Notes: a model not told the origin generated them from the letters alone. Counted from the stretch's first letter, positions 17,544 to 28,017 are shown. The stretch: DNA of 64,000 nt from Ruegeria halocynthiae (GCF_000743705.1 NZ_JQEZ01000002.1:490862-554861); one strand, 5' to 3'. Made by a program: numbers and translations.

Positions 17544-20327
17544 TTATTCCGCCGCGACAGCGTCTTCGATCTTTTCGACGCGGATGGCCGAGAACTTGAA
17601 CTCGGGGATCTTACCATAGGGGTCGATGGCCGAATTGGTCAGGATATTCGCGGCCGCCTCGACAAAGGCAAACGGGATGAACACCATATCCTCGGCAATC
17701 GCGCGATCCGCACGCACCATGATCTCGATCGAACCACGACGGGTCGTCAAGCGGACCATTTCGCCCGGTTCGATCCCCTTCAGTTTCAACGTGCGGGGGT
17801 TCATCGAACAGTTCGCTTCCGGTTCCACCGCGTCCAGAACATTGGATCGGCGGGTCATCGAGCCGGTGTGCCAATGTTCCAACTGACGTCCGGTGGTGGC
17901 GATCATCGGGTATTCGTCATCCGGGGCCTCATCCGGCGGGATGACGCTGGCCGGGGTAAATCTCGCCCGACCGTCCGCACGTGGGAAACCATCGCCGAAA
18001 ACGATTGACTGGCCCGGATCGGTCTCGCTGAGCGATGGGTAGGTGATCGTTTCGTTTTCAAGCCGCTCCCACGTGATGTTATCCAGCGATTCCATGGTCA
18101 GCTTCATCTCGGCAAAGACCTGAGATACGTCCGAGTACTCCCAGTTCAGGCCGATACGCTGCGCCAGTTCGACGGTGATTTTCCAATCCTCGCGCGCCTC
18201 ACCCGGAGGGGTCACCGCAGGCCGCACCCGTTGCACCTGACGGTTGGTGTTCGACACCGTGCCGTTCTTTTCATACAGCGCCGAGGCGGGCAGGATGATG
18301 TCGGCATAGTTCGCCGTCTCGGTCAGGAAGATATCCTGCACGATCATCAGTTCCAACTTGGCCAGCGCTTCCCGCGCGTGGCCCACATCCGGGTCCGACA
18401 TGGCCGGGTTTTCCCCTTGAATGTACATACCCTTGATGTTGCCCGCATAGGCCTGATCAATGATCTCGGTCACGGTCAAACCCTTCTCGTTCGAGAAGTC
18501 GTCCGAATTCCAGACGTTGTTGAACTTGGCCCGAATGCCGTCATCGGTAACCGACTGATAATCCGGCAGGAACATCGGGATCAGGCCCGCATCAGATGCC
18601 CCCTGCACGTTGTTCTGACCCCGCAGCGGGTGCAGACCCGCTCCGGGTTTGCCGACATTTCCAGTCATCAGAGCCAGCGAGATCAGACACCGCGAATTGT
18701 CGGTGCCGTGAATATGCTGGCTGACGCCCATACCCCAGAAAATCAGACCGGCCTTGGCCTGCGCAAAGGTGCGCGCGACACGGCGCAGTTGGTCCGGTTC
18801 GATGCCGCAGATCGGTGCCATCGCCTCGGGCGTGAACTGGCGCAGATGCTCTTTTTCGGCCTCCCAGTTCTCGGTCCAGCGGTGGATGTACTGGCTGTCA
18901 TACAGTTCTTCCTCGACGATCACGTTCATGATCGCGTTCAGCATCGAGACATCGGCCCCCGGGCGGAATTGCAGCATTTCATCAGCGAACTTGCGCATGC
19001 CGACGCCACGCGGGTCCATCACGATCAGCTTGCCGCCGCGCTTGGTGAACTGCTTGAAATAGGTCGCCGCAACGGGATGGTTTTCAATCGGGTTGGCCCC
19101 GATGATGATCGCCACATCCGCATCCTTGATATCGTTGAAGGCTGCGGTCACGGCCCCCGAGCCCACATTCTCGATCAGTGCGGCCACCGACGAGGCGTGG
19201 CACAGGCGGGTGCAGTGGTCGACGTTGTTGTGGCGAAAGCCCTGACGGATGAATTTCTGGAACAGGTACGCTTCTTCGTTGGTGCATTTGGCCGACCCAA
19301 AACCTGCGACGTTGCGCGGATCATCCTCGCGCAGCGCCTTCAGTTTGGTGGCGGCCAGGTCCATCGCCTCTTCCCAGCTCGCTTCGCGGAAATGAGTGCC
19401 GATATTGCCCGGATCGACATTCAGCCCCTTGGCAGGCGCATCCTCGCGCCGGATCAGCGGCTTGGTCAGGCGATGCGGGTGGTGGATATAGTCGTACCCA
19501 AAGCGGCCTTTGACACACAGGCGGCCTTCGTTGGCGGGGCCGTTGATGCCCTCGACATATTTGACCTTGCCGTCCTTGACCTTCAGCGACACCTTGCAGC
19601 CCACACCGCAGAACGGGCAGACGCTTTCGGTCTCGGAATCGTAATCCTTGCTGTCGCCCTGCTGGTTTTCGTCCAGCACAGTCGCAGGCATCAGGGCACC
19701 GGTCGGACAAGCCTGAACACATTCACCACAGGCCACACAGGTGGACGCGCCCATCGGATCGTTCTGGTCAAACACCACCTGCGCGGTATGCCCGCGACCG
19801 GCCATGCCGATCACGTCATTCACCTGCACATCACGGCAGGCGCGGACGCAGAGGTTGCAGTTGATGCAGGCGTCCAGATTGACGCGCATCGCAACGTGAC
19901 TGTCATCCAGCAGTGGAATTTTCTCGGGTTCTTTCGCAGGAAAGCGGCTGTCGCTGACATCATTCAGCTTGGCCATGTCCCAGAAATGGCTGGAGACATC
20001 ATGCGGCTGATCTGGCTGATCCGCCACCAGCAGCTCCATCACCATGGCGCGCGATTTCTCGGCCCGGTCGGTGTCGGTCTTGACGACCATCCCCTCGGCC
20101 GCAGGGCGGATGCACGAGGCGACCAGAGTGCGCTCGCCTTCCACCTCGACCATACAGGCGCGGCAGTTGCCGTCGGGTTTATAGCCCGGTGCCGGTTTGT
20201 GGCACAGGTGCGGAATGACCAGTCCACGGCCATTGGCCGCGTCCCAGATCGTGGTGCCCTCGGGCACGGTGACGTCATCGCCGTTCAGGTTGAAGGTGAC
20301 GGTCTTGGTTGGGCTTGCGTCTAGCAT
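17544..20327 (-). CDS. fdsA: NAD-dependent formate dehydrogenase alpha subunit (molybdopterin, Fe-S)
   Basis: N-terminal 2Fe-2S/4Fe-4S cysteine clusters (CHKPAPGYKPDGNCRACMVEV, CINCNLCVRACRD, CVACGECVQACPTGAL) and MopB domain (CPFCGVGC). GGGAGA RBS. Confidence 0.9.
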   Translation of the reverse strand: MLDASPTKTVTFNLNGDDVTVPEGTTIWDAANGRGLVIPHLCHKPAPGYKPDGNCRACMVEVEGERTLVASCIRPAAEGMVVKTDTDRAEKSRAMVMELLVADQPDQPHDVSSHFWDMAKLNDVSDSRFPAKEPEKIPLLDDSHVAMRVNLDACINCNLCVRACRDVQVNDVIGMAGRGHTAQVVFDQNDPMGASTCVACGECVQACPTGALMPATVLDENQQGDSKDYDSETESVCPFCGVGCKVSLKVKDGKVKYVEGINGPANEGRLCVKGRFGYDYIHHPHRLTKPLIRREDAPAKGLNVDPGNIGTHFREASWEEAMDLAATKLKALREDDPRNVAGFGSAKCTNEEAYLFQKFIRQGFRHNNVDHCTRLCHASSVAALIENVGSGAVTAAFNDIKDADVAIIIGANPIENHPVAATYFKQFTKRGGKLIVMDPRGVGMRKFADEMLQFRPGADVSMLNAIMNVIVEEELYDSQYIHRWTENWEAEKEHLRQFTPEAMAPICGIEPDQLRRVARTFAQAKAGLIFWGMGVSQHIHGTDNSRCLISLALMTGNVGKPGAGLHPLRGQNNVQGASDAGLIPMFLPDYQSVTDDGIRAKFNNVWNSDDFSNEKGLTVTEIIDQAYAGNIKGMYIQGENPAMSDPDVGHAREALAKLELMIVQDIFLTETANYADIILPASALYEKNGTVSNTNRQVQRVRPAVTPPGEAREDWKITVELAQRIGLNWEYSDVSQVFAEMKLTMESLDNITWERLENETITYPSLSETDPGQSIVFGDGFPRADGRARFTPASVIPPDEAPDDEYPMIATTGRQLEHWHTGSMTRRSNVLDAVEPEANCSMNPRTLKLKGIEPGEMVRLTTRRGSIEIMVRADRAIAEDMVFIPFAFVEAAANILTNSAIDPYGKIPEFKFSAIRVEKIEDAVAAE

Positions 20328-20340
20328 GGCTCTGTCTCCC

Positions 20341-22044
20341 TCAGATTTCGTCGGCAAAGTGTTTGATGACCAGACGGATCGGGTTCGGGGCCGCCTGCCC
20401 CAGACCGCAGATCGAGGCATCGCCCATGACCTGACACAGATCCTCCAGCAGGTCCTGATCCCATTTGTCGGCCTGCATCAGCTTGACCGCCTTTTCGCAG
20501 CCTGCCCGGCAGGGCGTGCATTGGCCACAGCTTTCATCCTCGAAGAACCGCAGCATGTTCAGCGCCGCATCGCGGGCGGTGTCCTGATCGGACAGGACCA
20601 CCACGGCGGCCGAGCCGATGAAGGTGCCCAGCGGTTGCAGCGTGTCGAAATCCAACGGCACGTCGTCGATGGACGCAGGCAACAGGCCCGAGGACGGCCC
20701 GCCCGGTTGATACGCCTTGAACACATGACCGTCGGCCATACCACCAGCCGCCTCCATCACATCCAGAATGGTCGAACCCGCGGGCAGCAGGAAGACACCC
20801 GGTTTCGCCACACGGCCCGAGACCGAATAGCTGCGCAGGCCCTTGCGGCCATTCTTTTCCGTGGAGTTGAGGCATTCTGGCCCCTCACGGCAAATCTTTG
20901 AGACCCAATACAGCGTCTCGACATTGTGCACGAGCGTCGGGCGGTTAAAGACCCCCACCTGCGCCACGAACGGAGGACGGTGGCGCGGCAGGCCCTTCTT
21001 ACCCTCGATCGATTCGATCATCGCGGATTCTTCACCGCAGATATACGCGCCAGCCCCCCGGCGCAGGTCGATATAGCCTTTGGCGACGATACCGGCGTCT
21101 TCCAGCGCGGCAATCTCGCGGGCGAGGATTTCCAGCACCGCCGGGTATTCATCGCGCATGTAGATGAAGCAGGTCTCAGCCTCGACCGCCCAGGCGGCGA
21201 TCAGCATACCCTCAAGGAACACATGCGGCGTACGCTCCAGATAGTAGCGGTCTTTGAAGGTGCCGGGCTCGCCCTCGTCCCCGTTCACGGCCAGATACCG
21301 GGTGCCTTCATTCATGCGAACAAAGCCCCATTTCTTGCCGGACGGGAAGCCAGCGCCACCCAGACCGCGCAGGCCCGAGGCAAGGACGTCTTCCTGCACC
21401 TTTTCCCAGTCGCCACCTTCGCGCAACTCTTTCAGTTTGGCGTAGCCGCCGTTCTCTGTGTAGGCCGCGAAGGTTTCATAGTCGGGCAGATGGGCATGGG
21501 TATCGCCCGCCGCAATGGCCGCCTGCACCTTTTCCGGCGTCGCGTGGTCGATATGATTGTGGCCGATTTCCAGCACCGGAGCCGTATCGCAGCGCCCCAT
21601 GCAAGGCGCGCGAACAACACGCACCTCAGAGGCATCCAACCCGTCCTCCAGCGCCTTTTGCAACTGCTGGGCGCCGGCCATTTCGCAGGACAGGGAATCA
21701 CAGACCCGAATGGTCAACGCGGGCGGGGGCACTTCACCCTCTTTCACCACATCGAAATGGGCATAGAAGGTCGCTGTTTCATAAATCTCGGCCTGCCCGA
21801 TCCGCATTTCAACCGCCAGTGCGGCGATGTGGTCGGCGCTGATATGGCCGTGTGCATCCTGAATCAAATGCAGAAATTCGATCAGCAGGTCGCGGCGGCG
21901 GGGTCGATCCCCCAGCAAGCGCGCGATCTCAGCCTGCGCCTCATCCGTGAACTGACGGCCCTTGGGCGTGTGCCGCCCTTTGCCTTTGCCTGACTTCCAG
22001 ACGCCCTTTTGGCCGCCCGGTTGCTTGGTATCCAATGGTGCCAT
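20341..22044 (-). CDS. fdsB: NAD-dependent formate dehydrogenase beta subunit (NuoF-like), with a fused N-terminal NuoE/FdsG-like domain
   Basis: NuoF motifs (GLRGLGGAGFPSGKKW, ESCGQCTPCR) follow an ~150-aa thioredoxin-like 2Fe-2S module (CDSLSCEMAG...CMGRCDTAP). Confidence 0.9.
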   Translation of the reverse strand: MAPLDTKQPGGQKGVWKSGKGKGRHTPKGRQFTDEAQAEIARLLGDRPRRRDLLIEFLHLIQDAHGHISADHIAALAVEMRIGQAEIYETATFYAHFDVVKEGEVPPPALTIRVCDSLSCEMAGAQQLQKALEDGLDASEVRVVRAPCMGRCDTAPVLEIGHNHIDHATPEKVQAAIAAGDTHAHLPDYETFAAYTENGGYAKLKELREGGDWEKVQEDVLASGLRGLGGAGFPSGKKWGFVRMNEGTRYLAVNGDEGEPGTFKDRYYLERTPHVFLEGMLIAAWAVEAETCFIYMRDEYPAVLEILAREIAALEDAGIVAKGYIDLRRGAGAYICGEESAMIESIEGKKGLPRHRPPFVAQVGVFNRPTLVHNVETLYWVSKICREGPECLNSTEKNGRKGLRSYSVSGRVAKPGVFLLPAGSTILDVMEAAGGMADGHVFKAYQPGGPSSGLLPASIDDVPLDFDTLQPLGTFIGSAAVVVLSDQDTARDAALNMLRFFEDESCGQCTPCRAGCEKAVKLMQADKWDQDLLEDLCQVMGDASICGLGQAAPNPIRLVIKHFADEI

Positions 22045-22129
22045 GATGCCCTCCGATTAAGGCTCCGTGTCTCATCAGAATAGCATATCGTCAAATCGCT
22101 TTTGGCAATCGCACGATAACGACACCTTA

Positions 22130-23011
22130 TCACCGCAAAGACGTCACCACCGCCCGCAAGGCTTCGACCGTGGGCAATTCCGGGTCACGCGTCAGCGTCG
22201 CCAGACAAATCGGCTTGCTGACAATGGGATCGACCAGCGGCAGCACGCGCGTCCCTTTCAGATCACCCAGCGCCCGTATCAGAACACGCGGCACGACAGT
22301 GGCCGCCAACCCTTCGCGCGCCATGACCATCGAGGCGGTAAAGCCGCTGGTTTCCGCAACCACATGCGGATGCAGCCCCTGCTCGGCAAATATCCGGTCA
22401 AGAATGCGCCGGTTCTGCATCTGCGGTTCCAGCAGGCTGATCGGAAATTCAGCCACCCGCGCCCAGGGGATCGGGCCGGTCTCATCCGTCATATGCGACG
22501 GCACCAGCAGCACATAGGTTTCCTCGTACAAGGGCTGCACCTGCCGCAGATCGGTGCCGATGCTGTCGCCATAAGTGATACCCGCGTCCAGGCTGCCCTC
22601 ATCCAGCCGATGCTGAATGGCCGAGGCCGACATGGTTTCGATCCGCGACAGGATACGTGGATGCGCCTGCTGCAACCGTTTGATCAGCCGCCCGGTAAAG
22701 GCGATGGCTGTTGGGATCACGCCCAAAATCAGGGTCCCGGTGATTTCACCCTTTGAGGCCAAAACCTGCTGCTCCAGCGCTTTTGTATCGTCCAGAATAC
22801 GCCGCGCGCGCAGGACGATCATCTCACCCTCTTCGGTCAGACCCTGAAACCGATTGGCCCGGCGGACGATGGACACGCCCAGACGATCCTCAAGATTGCG
22901 GATGCGCATGGAAAACGCAGGCTGCGAAATCCCGCATTCCTCGGCCGCCTTGGCAAAATGGCGATGCCGCGCCAAAGCGCTAAGCAGTTGCAGGTCGCGG
23001 ATTTCGATCAT
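22130..23011 (-). CDS. LysR-family transcriptional regulator (co-directional with fdsBA; possible FdsR-like)
   Basis: HTH MIEIRDLQLLSALARHRHFAKAAEECGISQPAFSMRIRNLE plus a LysR effector domain. Confidence 0.8.
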   Translation of the reverse strand: MIEIRDLQLLSALARHRHFAKAAEECGISQPAFSMRIRNLEDRLGVSIVRRANRFQGLTEEGEMIVLRARRILDDTKALEQQVLASKGEITGTLILGVIPTAIAFTGRLIKRLQQAHPRILSRIETMSASAIQHRLDEGSLDAGITYGDSIGTDLRQVQPLYEETYVLLVPSHMTDETGPIPWARVAEFPISLLEPQMQNRRILDRIFAEQGLHPHVVAETSGFTASMVMAREGLAATVVPRVLIRALGDLKGTRVLPLVDPIVSKPICLATLTRDPELPTVEALRAVVTSLR

Positions 23012-23124
23012 CTGGAGCTATCTCGAATGGCAGGTCGAACGCCAGACTAGCGGGTTTTGCACGCGGGGACAGCCTGAGTTTTTCGTATCGGAGAAGAGGG
23101 TGTTGTGACTAAGTGCGTGACTCT

Positions 23125-23157
23125 GACAAAAAGAGGCCTCTTGGGAATTTTTTTGAC
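23125..23157 (-). terminator. Rho-independent terminator (palindrome AGAGGCCTCT flanked by A/T runs; possibly bidirectional)
   Basis: Hairpin at 23131-23142 followed on the minus strand by CTTTTTG. Lies 55 bp downstream of the 23210-23941 gene. Confidence 0.5.
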
Positions 23158-23209
23158 GACAGCAATGCGGACAAAACTGACTTTCAGGTTTTCCTGTCGC
23201 TGTTAAAAC

Positions 23210-23941
23210 CTATTCTGGTACAACCTCGATCAAGTAACGCACGTTTTGAAGAGTATTTTGATCGCCGTCCCATTTTAAAATAGCCAAAATTGACAAGTCG
23301 TAGGTGCCGACCGGAAGAGGTTTAAGCATGAACCAATAGCCATCAGTTGCGGATGGATAATAACTCGGCGGATTGTACTCACTGGGAATTCGGGCAAGAA
23401 TATCAAAGCAATCTGACGATCCAACAAGATGCAATGCAGGATTTGGAAACGGCGTCCCGTTTAGTTTGACTTCGATAACGTCACTCGAAACTGGCTCAAA
23501 ATCTACCCCCTCCTTAGCCTCGTCACAATTCTGTTCAACACCGGGAGGTGTCCAACCGATGTTGTTTATGACTGTAAAGAAAAGGCTTCTCCCAAAAGGT
23601 ACCTGACACTTCCGTTCAATGAGTTCGCCGGGTTCGGCATCGGCAAGAAACCAGACTTCTCCTGATTGCATAGCAGCACAGTGTATTCCGGTGGGATCAA
23701 GTCTCGGGTTCTGTATCTTCGGAATACTATAAAACCACTGCCACCAACGGTTTGCCAAATCTGGCATATCGGCTTCATCTGGTTTTACAAAATAGTCCTG
23801 CGGATCGAAGCCTTCTTTCGAAGCAGCGGGTAAAGCTATCAGAAGAATAAAGCAGGAAATTGCTACCCTTATTGATACCCCGGCTCTCACACCTTTTAAG
23901 CCCATTTTTGCTCCAATCGAAACCAGTCTATATGTGTGCAT
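23210..23941 (-). CDS. Hypothetical secreted protein encoded in a low-GC (~45%) segment
   Basis: 243-aa ORF with a signal peptide (ISCFILLIALPAASKEG) and 4 Cys. GC is about 17 points below the flanks. No recognisable domain. Start may be the ATG at 23905 (MGLKG). Confidence 0.6.
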   Translation of the reverse strand: MHTYRLVSIGAKMGLKGVRAGVSIRVAISCFILLIALPAASKEGFDPQDYFVKPDEADMPDLANRWWQWFYSIPKIQNPRLDPTGIHCAAMQSGEVWFLADAEPGELIERKCQVPFGRSLFFTVINNIGWTPPGVEQNCDEAKEGVDFEPVSSDVIEVKLNGTPFPNPALHLVGSSDCFDILARIPSEYNPPSYYPSATDGYWFMLKPLPVGTYDLSILAILKWDGDQNTLQNVRYLIEVVPE

Positions 23942-24060
23942 CTATAGACTATCGAGTGTTCCTCGCAACTTGGAAAACCCTCAGGTTCAGATTGTTACTT
24001 TGGGCTCAGAGCGGACTCACCCTAAGCCCCTTTCGATTCCAACACAGGGTAAAAACACCC

Positions 24061-25158
24061 TCAGGTGTTGAACAGGAAGTGCATCACATCGCCATCCTTG
24101 ACAATGTATCCCTTACCCTCGGCGCGCATCTTGCCTGTCTCTTTGGCACCCTGTTCGCCATTGGCAGTGATATAGTCGTCATAGGCGATGGTTTCGGCGC
24201 GGATGAAGCCTTTTTCGAAATCGCCGTGGATCACGCCAGCCGCCTGCGGGGCGGCGGTGCCGGTGCGGATGGTCCAGGCGCGGGCCTCTTTCGGGCCGAC
24301 GGTGAAATAGGTTTCCAGTTTCAGCAGGTCGTAACCGGCGCGGATCAGACGGTCGAGGCCGGGTTCTTCCAGGCCCATCTCTTCCAGGAACATCTGGGCT
24401 TCGTCTTCTTCCAGCAAGCTGATCTCTTCTTCGATCTTGGCGCTGATGATGACGTGGGAATTGCCCTGCGCCGCAGCCATTTCGGCCACGCGGGCCGAGT
24501 ATTCATTGCCCTCGGCTGCTTCTTCTTCGGAGACGTTGCAGACATAGAGCACCGGCTTGGTAGTCAGCAGCTGCAGCATCTGCCAGGCCTTGGCGTCTTC
24601 GTCAGAGACTTCGACCAGACGTGCGGGCTTGCCGTTTTCCAGCATGGCCTGCGCCTCGGCCAGCAAGCGTTCCTGCTGCTGTGCCTCTTTGTCGTTGCCT
24701 TTCAGCTTGCGCACCAGATTGGCGCGGCGCTTTTCGATGCTTTCCAGATCGGCCAGCATCAGCTCGGTCTCGATGGTGTCGGCGTCGGCCACGGGATCGA
24801 CGCGGCCGTCCACATGGGTCACATCGCCATCTTCAAAACAGCGCAACACATGGGCGATGGCGTCCGTCTCGCGGATGTTGGCCAGGAACTGGTTGCCCAG
24901 CCCTTCGCCCTTGGAGGCCCCTTTGACCAGACCGGCGATATCGACAAAGGTCATCCGCGTCGGGATGATCTGTTTCGAGCTGGCAATCGCCGCCAGCTTG
25001 TCCAGCCGGTCGTCAGGCACGGCAACATCGCCCACATTCGGTTCGATCGTGCAGAACGGGAAGTTCGCCGCCTGCGCGGCCGCAGTTTTGGTCAGCGCAT
25101 TGAAAAGGGTCGACTTGCCCACATTCGGCAGACCCACGATTCCCATTTTAAAGCCCAT
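24061..25158 (-). CDS. ychF: Ribosome-binding ATPase YchF
   Basis: [23 protein letters not shown]-loop, C-terminal TGS domain. 366 aa. Confidence 0.9.
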   Translation of the reverse strand: MGFKMGIVGLPNVGKSTLFNALTKTAAAQAANFPFCTIEPNVGDVAVPDDRLDKLAAIASSKQIIPTRMTFVDIAGLVKGASKGEGLGNQFLANIRETDAIAHVLRCFEDGDVTHVDGRVDPVADADTIETELMLADLESIEKRRANLVRKLKGNDKEAQQQERLLAEAQAMLENGKPARLVEVSDEDAKAWQMLQLLTTKPVLYVCNVSEEEAAEGNEYSARVAEMAAAQGNSHVIISAKIEEEISLLEEDEAQMFLEEMGLEEPGLDRLIRAGYDLLKLETYFTVGPKEARAWTIRTGTAAPQAAGVIHGDFEKGFIRAETIAYDDYITANGEQGAKETGKMRAEGKGYIVKDGDVMHFLFNT

Positions 25159-25341
25159 TGCGGCCTCCTGATGCATACGAACGCTGCTTCTATGCAGGTC
25201 GGGGAAAATGCGCAACCCGGGGGCCGGAAATCAGCAGAGTCAGATTTGCAACATCACAAAGGTGTTAGGGACATGTGTGCGCACGATACTTGATTTTAAC
25301 CGTTGCGGGTCACCAAGTTAAATTCAACGCGCACAGAACCA

Positions 25342-25839
25342 ATGAAGAACCACATGAAGAAATTTGTACTTTCCGCCGCCCTGCTTCTTGCCGCCAACGC
25401 AGTGCAGGCACAATCTATTGTTGTCGGCGCAGGCTATGCGGATTTCTCGGCCAGCGACTCGGATGATCAGGCCATCTTTTCGCTGGAGTATCAGCACAGG
25501 CCGTTTCACGAAGCGACGCGTTTTAGCGCGACGTGGGGAACGGCATTGTCGGTGGACACCGATGGCGACACCCATATCGGGGCTGGGTTGATTGGCACTT
25601 ACGCGTTCGCTGACCGGTGGTTTGCCGAACTCAGCGTCATGCCCGGATATTACAACGCGGCAAACAACAGCAACGATTTGGGGGGCAGCTTCCAAATTCG
25701 CAGCTTGTTGGGCGTGGGGTACACTCTGGACGGCGGCAACAAGGTCTCGGTTGCGGTGACCCATAAATCCAACGCCAGCACAGACAGTTCGAACCCGGGC
25801 GTGAACGCTCTGTTGGTTCGATACCATTTCGGGTTCTAA
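25342..25839 (+). CDS. Outer-membrane beta-barrel protein, PagL-like lipid A 3-O-deacylase / acyloxyacyl hydrolase family
   Basis: Signal peptide MKKFVLSAALLLAANAVQA, alternating beta-strand pattern, C-terminal HKSNAS (His-x-Ser-Asn catalytic motif of PagL), terminal aromatic residues F-G-F. Confidence 0.6.
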   Translation: MKNHMKKFVLSAALLLAANAVQAQSIVVGAGYADFSASDSDDQAIFSLEYQHRPFHEATRFSATWGTALSVDTDGDTHIGAGLIGTYAFADRWFAELSVMPGYYNAANNSNDLGGSFQIRSLLGVGYTLDGGNKVSVAVTHKSNASTDSSNPGVNALLVRYHFGF

Positions 25840-25917
25840 GCCAATCTGGCCCACCGGGATTGATTTCCGGGCAAAGTTTCTGCACATCAGGATCAAACCT
25901 GTATGCAAGGACCGCTG

Positions 25918-26709
25918 ATGACCCGTATTGATGCTAAGTTCGCCGCCCTGAAGGCCGAAGGAAAAAAGGCCTTTGTCTCATACATCATGGCAGGTGACCC
26001 GGATTTCGATACCTCGCTTGAGGTGGTCAAGGGGTTGCCCGGCGCAGGTGTCGACGTCATCGAGCTGGGTTTGCCGTTCACGGACCCCATGGCAGATGGC
26101 CCGACCATTCAGGCCGCTGGCCAACGGGCTTTGGATGGCGGCATGACCTTACAGCGGACGCTGGATCTTGCGCGCGCGTTCCGTGAAACCGATGATACCA
26201 CGCCGATTGTTTTAATGGGATACTACAATCCAATTTACAGCCGCGGGGTTGATACGTTTCTGGCAGATGCGAAAGAGGCAGGCATTGACGGGTTGATCGT
26301 TGTCGACCTGCCGCCGGAAGAAGATGCTGAGCTGTGCGTGCCCGCGCAGGCGGCTGGCCTGAACTTCATCCGCCTGGCAACGCCAACCACCGATGACAAA
26401 CGCCTGCCCCGCGTGCTTCAGAACACCTCGGGCTTTGTGTACTATGTCTCGATCACCGGGATCACCGGTTCCGCCGAAGCAGAAGCCACCAATGTCGGCC
26501 CCGAGGTAGCGCGGATCAAATCCGCGACGGACCTGCCGGTCATTGTCGGGTTTGGCATTAACACCCCCGAAAAATCACGCAACATCGCCAGCGTTGCAGA
26601 TGGCGCAGTTGTCGGTTCCGCCATTGTCAGCCAAATCGCGGCCGGAAAGCCCGTCGGTGAGGTTCTGGATTTCGTCAGGGCGTTGGCTGACGGCGCGCAT
26701 TCTGCCTGA
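25918..26709 (+). CDS. trpA: Tryptophan synthase alpha subunit
   Basis: Full-length colinearity with TrpA ([37 protein letters not shown]). Confidence 0.9.
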   Translation: MTRIDAKFAALKAEGKKAFVSYIMAGDPDFDTSLEVVKGLPGAGVDVIELGLPFTDPMADGPTIQAAGQRALDGGMTLQRTLDLARAFRETDDTTPIVLMGYYNPIYSRGVDTFLADAKEAGIDGLIVVDLPPEEDAELCVPAQAAGLNFIRLATPTTDDKRLPRVLQNTSGFVYYVSITGITGSAEAEATNVGPEVARIKSATDLPVIVGFGINTPEKSRNIASVADGAVVGSAIVSQIAAGKPVGEVLDFVRALADGAHSA

Positions 26710-26741
26710 CACATAGGTCAATACAGGTGATACAATTCAAA

Positions 26742-26778
26742 CCGCAGCCGACAACGCGTTGGCTGCGGCTTTTTGTTG
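26742..26778 (+). terminator. Rho-independent terminator downstream of trpA
   Basis: Stem CCGCAGCC...GGCTGCGG followed by CTTTTTGTTG. Confidence 0.55.
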
Positions 26779-26850
26779 TCTGGACACAATTTCCCCGGAT
26801 TGCAAGAATTGGTAAAAAAACTTAACCAAACGCAATAAGGGCGCTGAACC

Positions 26851-28017
26851 ATGCCGGTAATCACAACCATCGAAGATCTTCGCCGCCTCTACGAACGGCG
26901 CGTTCCCCGGATGTTTTATGACTACGCCGAAAGCGGCAGCTGGACTGAACAGACCTTCCACGACAACAGCGCGGATTTCAAAGATATCCGCCTGCGGCAA
27001 CGGGTTGCCGTGGATATGGACGGCCGGTCAACCGCTACGCAGATGCTTGGGCAGGACGTTGCAATGCCGGTCGCGCTGGCCCCGGTCGGGCTGACGGGAA
27101 TGCAACACGCAGACGGAGAGATGAAGGCCGCCAAAGCCGCCGAAGAATTTGGCGTGCCGTTTACACTGTCCACCATGTCCATCAACTCGATCGAAGATGT
27201 GGCCGAATACACCACCACGCCGTTCTGGTTTCAGCTTTATACGATGAAGGACCAGGATTACATCAACCGCCTGATACAGCGCGCCAAAGACGCAAAATGT
27301 TCGGCCCTGGTGATTACGCTTGATCTACAGGTTCTGGGGCAACGGCATAAGGATCTGAAAAACGGCCTGTCCGCACCGCCGAAGCTGACCCCCAAAACCA
27401 TCGCCAACCTGATGACCAAATGGTCTTGGGGGATTGAGATGCTTGGCGCAAAGCGTCGCGAATTCGGCAATATCGTCGGTCACGCCAAAGGCGTCACAGA
27501 CGCGTCCTCGCTGGGCGCATGGACCGCCGAGCAGTTCGATCCCAGCCTGGATTGGAAAAAGGTTGAAAAGCTGATGGAGCAATGGGGCGGGAAGGTAATC
27601 CTGAAGGGGATTCTGGATGCCGAAGACGCCAAAATGGCGGCCAAATTGGGGGCTGATGCCATCGTTGTGTCCAACCATGGGGGGCGCCAACTGGATGGCG
27701 CGCTCAGCTCAATCCGCATGTTACCGGAAATCATGGATGCGGTCGGCGGCGACCTTGAGGTTCATCTGGACAGCGGCATCCGTTCTGGCCAGGATATCCT
27801 GAAAGCGCTGGCCTTGGGGGCCAGCGGAACCTATATCGGCCGCGCTTTTGTCTATGGGCTGGGCGCGATGGGACAGAAGGGTGTGACGACCGCCCTTGAG
27901 GTCATCCAAAAAGAGCTGGATACCACCATGGCCCTGTGTGGCGAACGGCACGTCAACGATCTTGGACGCCACAATCTGTTGGTACCCGAAGATTTCGGCG
28001 GGCGCTGGCAAAGCTGA
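26851..28017 (+). CDS. FMN-dependent alpha-hydroxy acid dehydrogenase (L-lactate dehydrogenase LldD / lactate oxidase family)
   Basis: TIM-barrel FMN motifs (SNHGGRQLD, DSGIRSGQDILKALALGA). Confidence 0.85.
   Translation: MPVITTIEDLRRLYERRVPRMFYDYAESGSWTEQTFHDNSADFKDIRLRQRVAVDMDGRSTATQMLGQDVAMPVALAPVGLTGMQHADGEMKAAKAAEEFGVPFTLSTMSINSIEDVAEYTTTPFWFQLYTMKDQDYINRLIQRAKDAKCSALVITLDLQVLGQRHKDLKNGLSAPPKLTPKTIANLMTKWSWGIEMLGAKRREFGNIVGHAKGVTDASSLGAWTAEQFDPSLDWKKVEKLMEQWGGKVILKGILDAEDAKMAAKLGADAIVVSNHGGRQLDGALSSIRMLPEIMDAVGGDLEVHLDSGIRSGQDILKALALGASGTYIGRAFVYGLGAMGQKGVTTALEVIQKELDTTMALCGERHVNDLGRHNLLVPEDFGGRWQS

Noticed and set aside
18231-20324. 697-aa + ORF opposite fdsA (similar long antisense ORFs at 20926..21993, 31380..32984, 33522..34697, 41116..42237, 42752..43771, 62773..63951 and others)
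   Set aside because: These are typical GC-rich antisense frames in ~62% GC DNA. Their products are Arg/Gly/Ala/His-rich with no motifs, while the opposite strand encodes well-conserved proteins.
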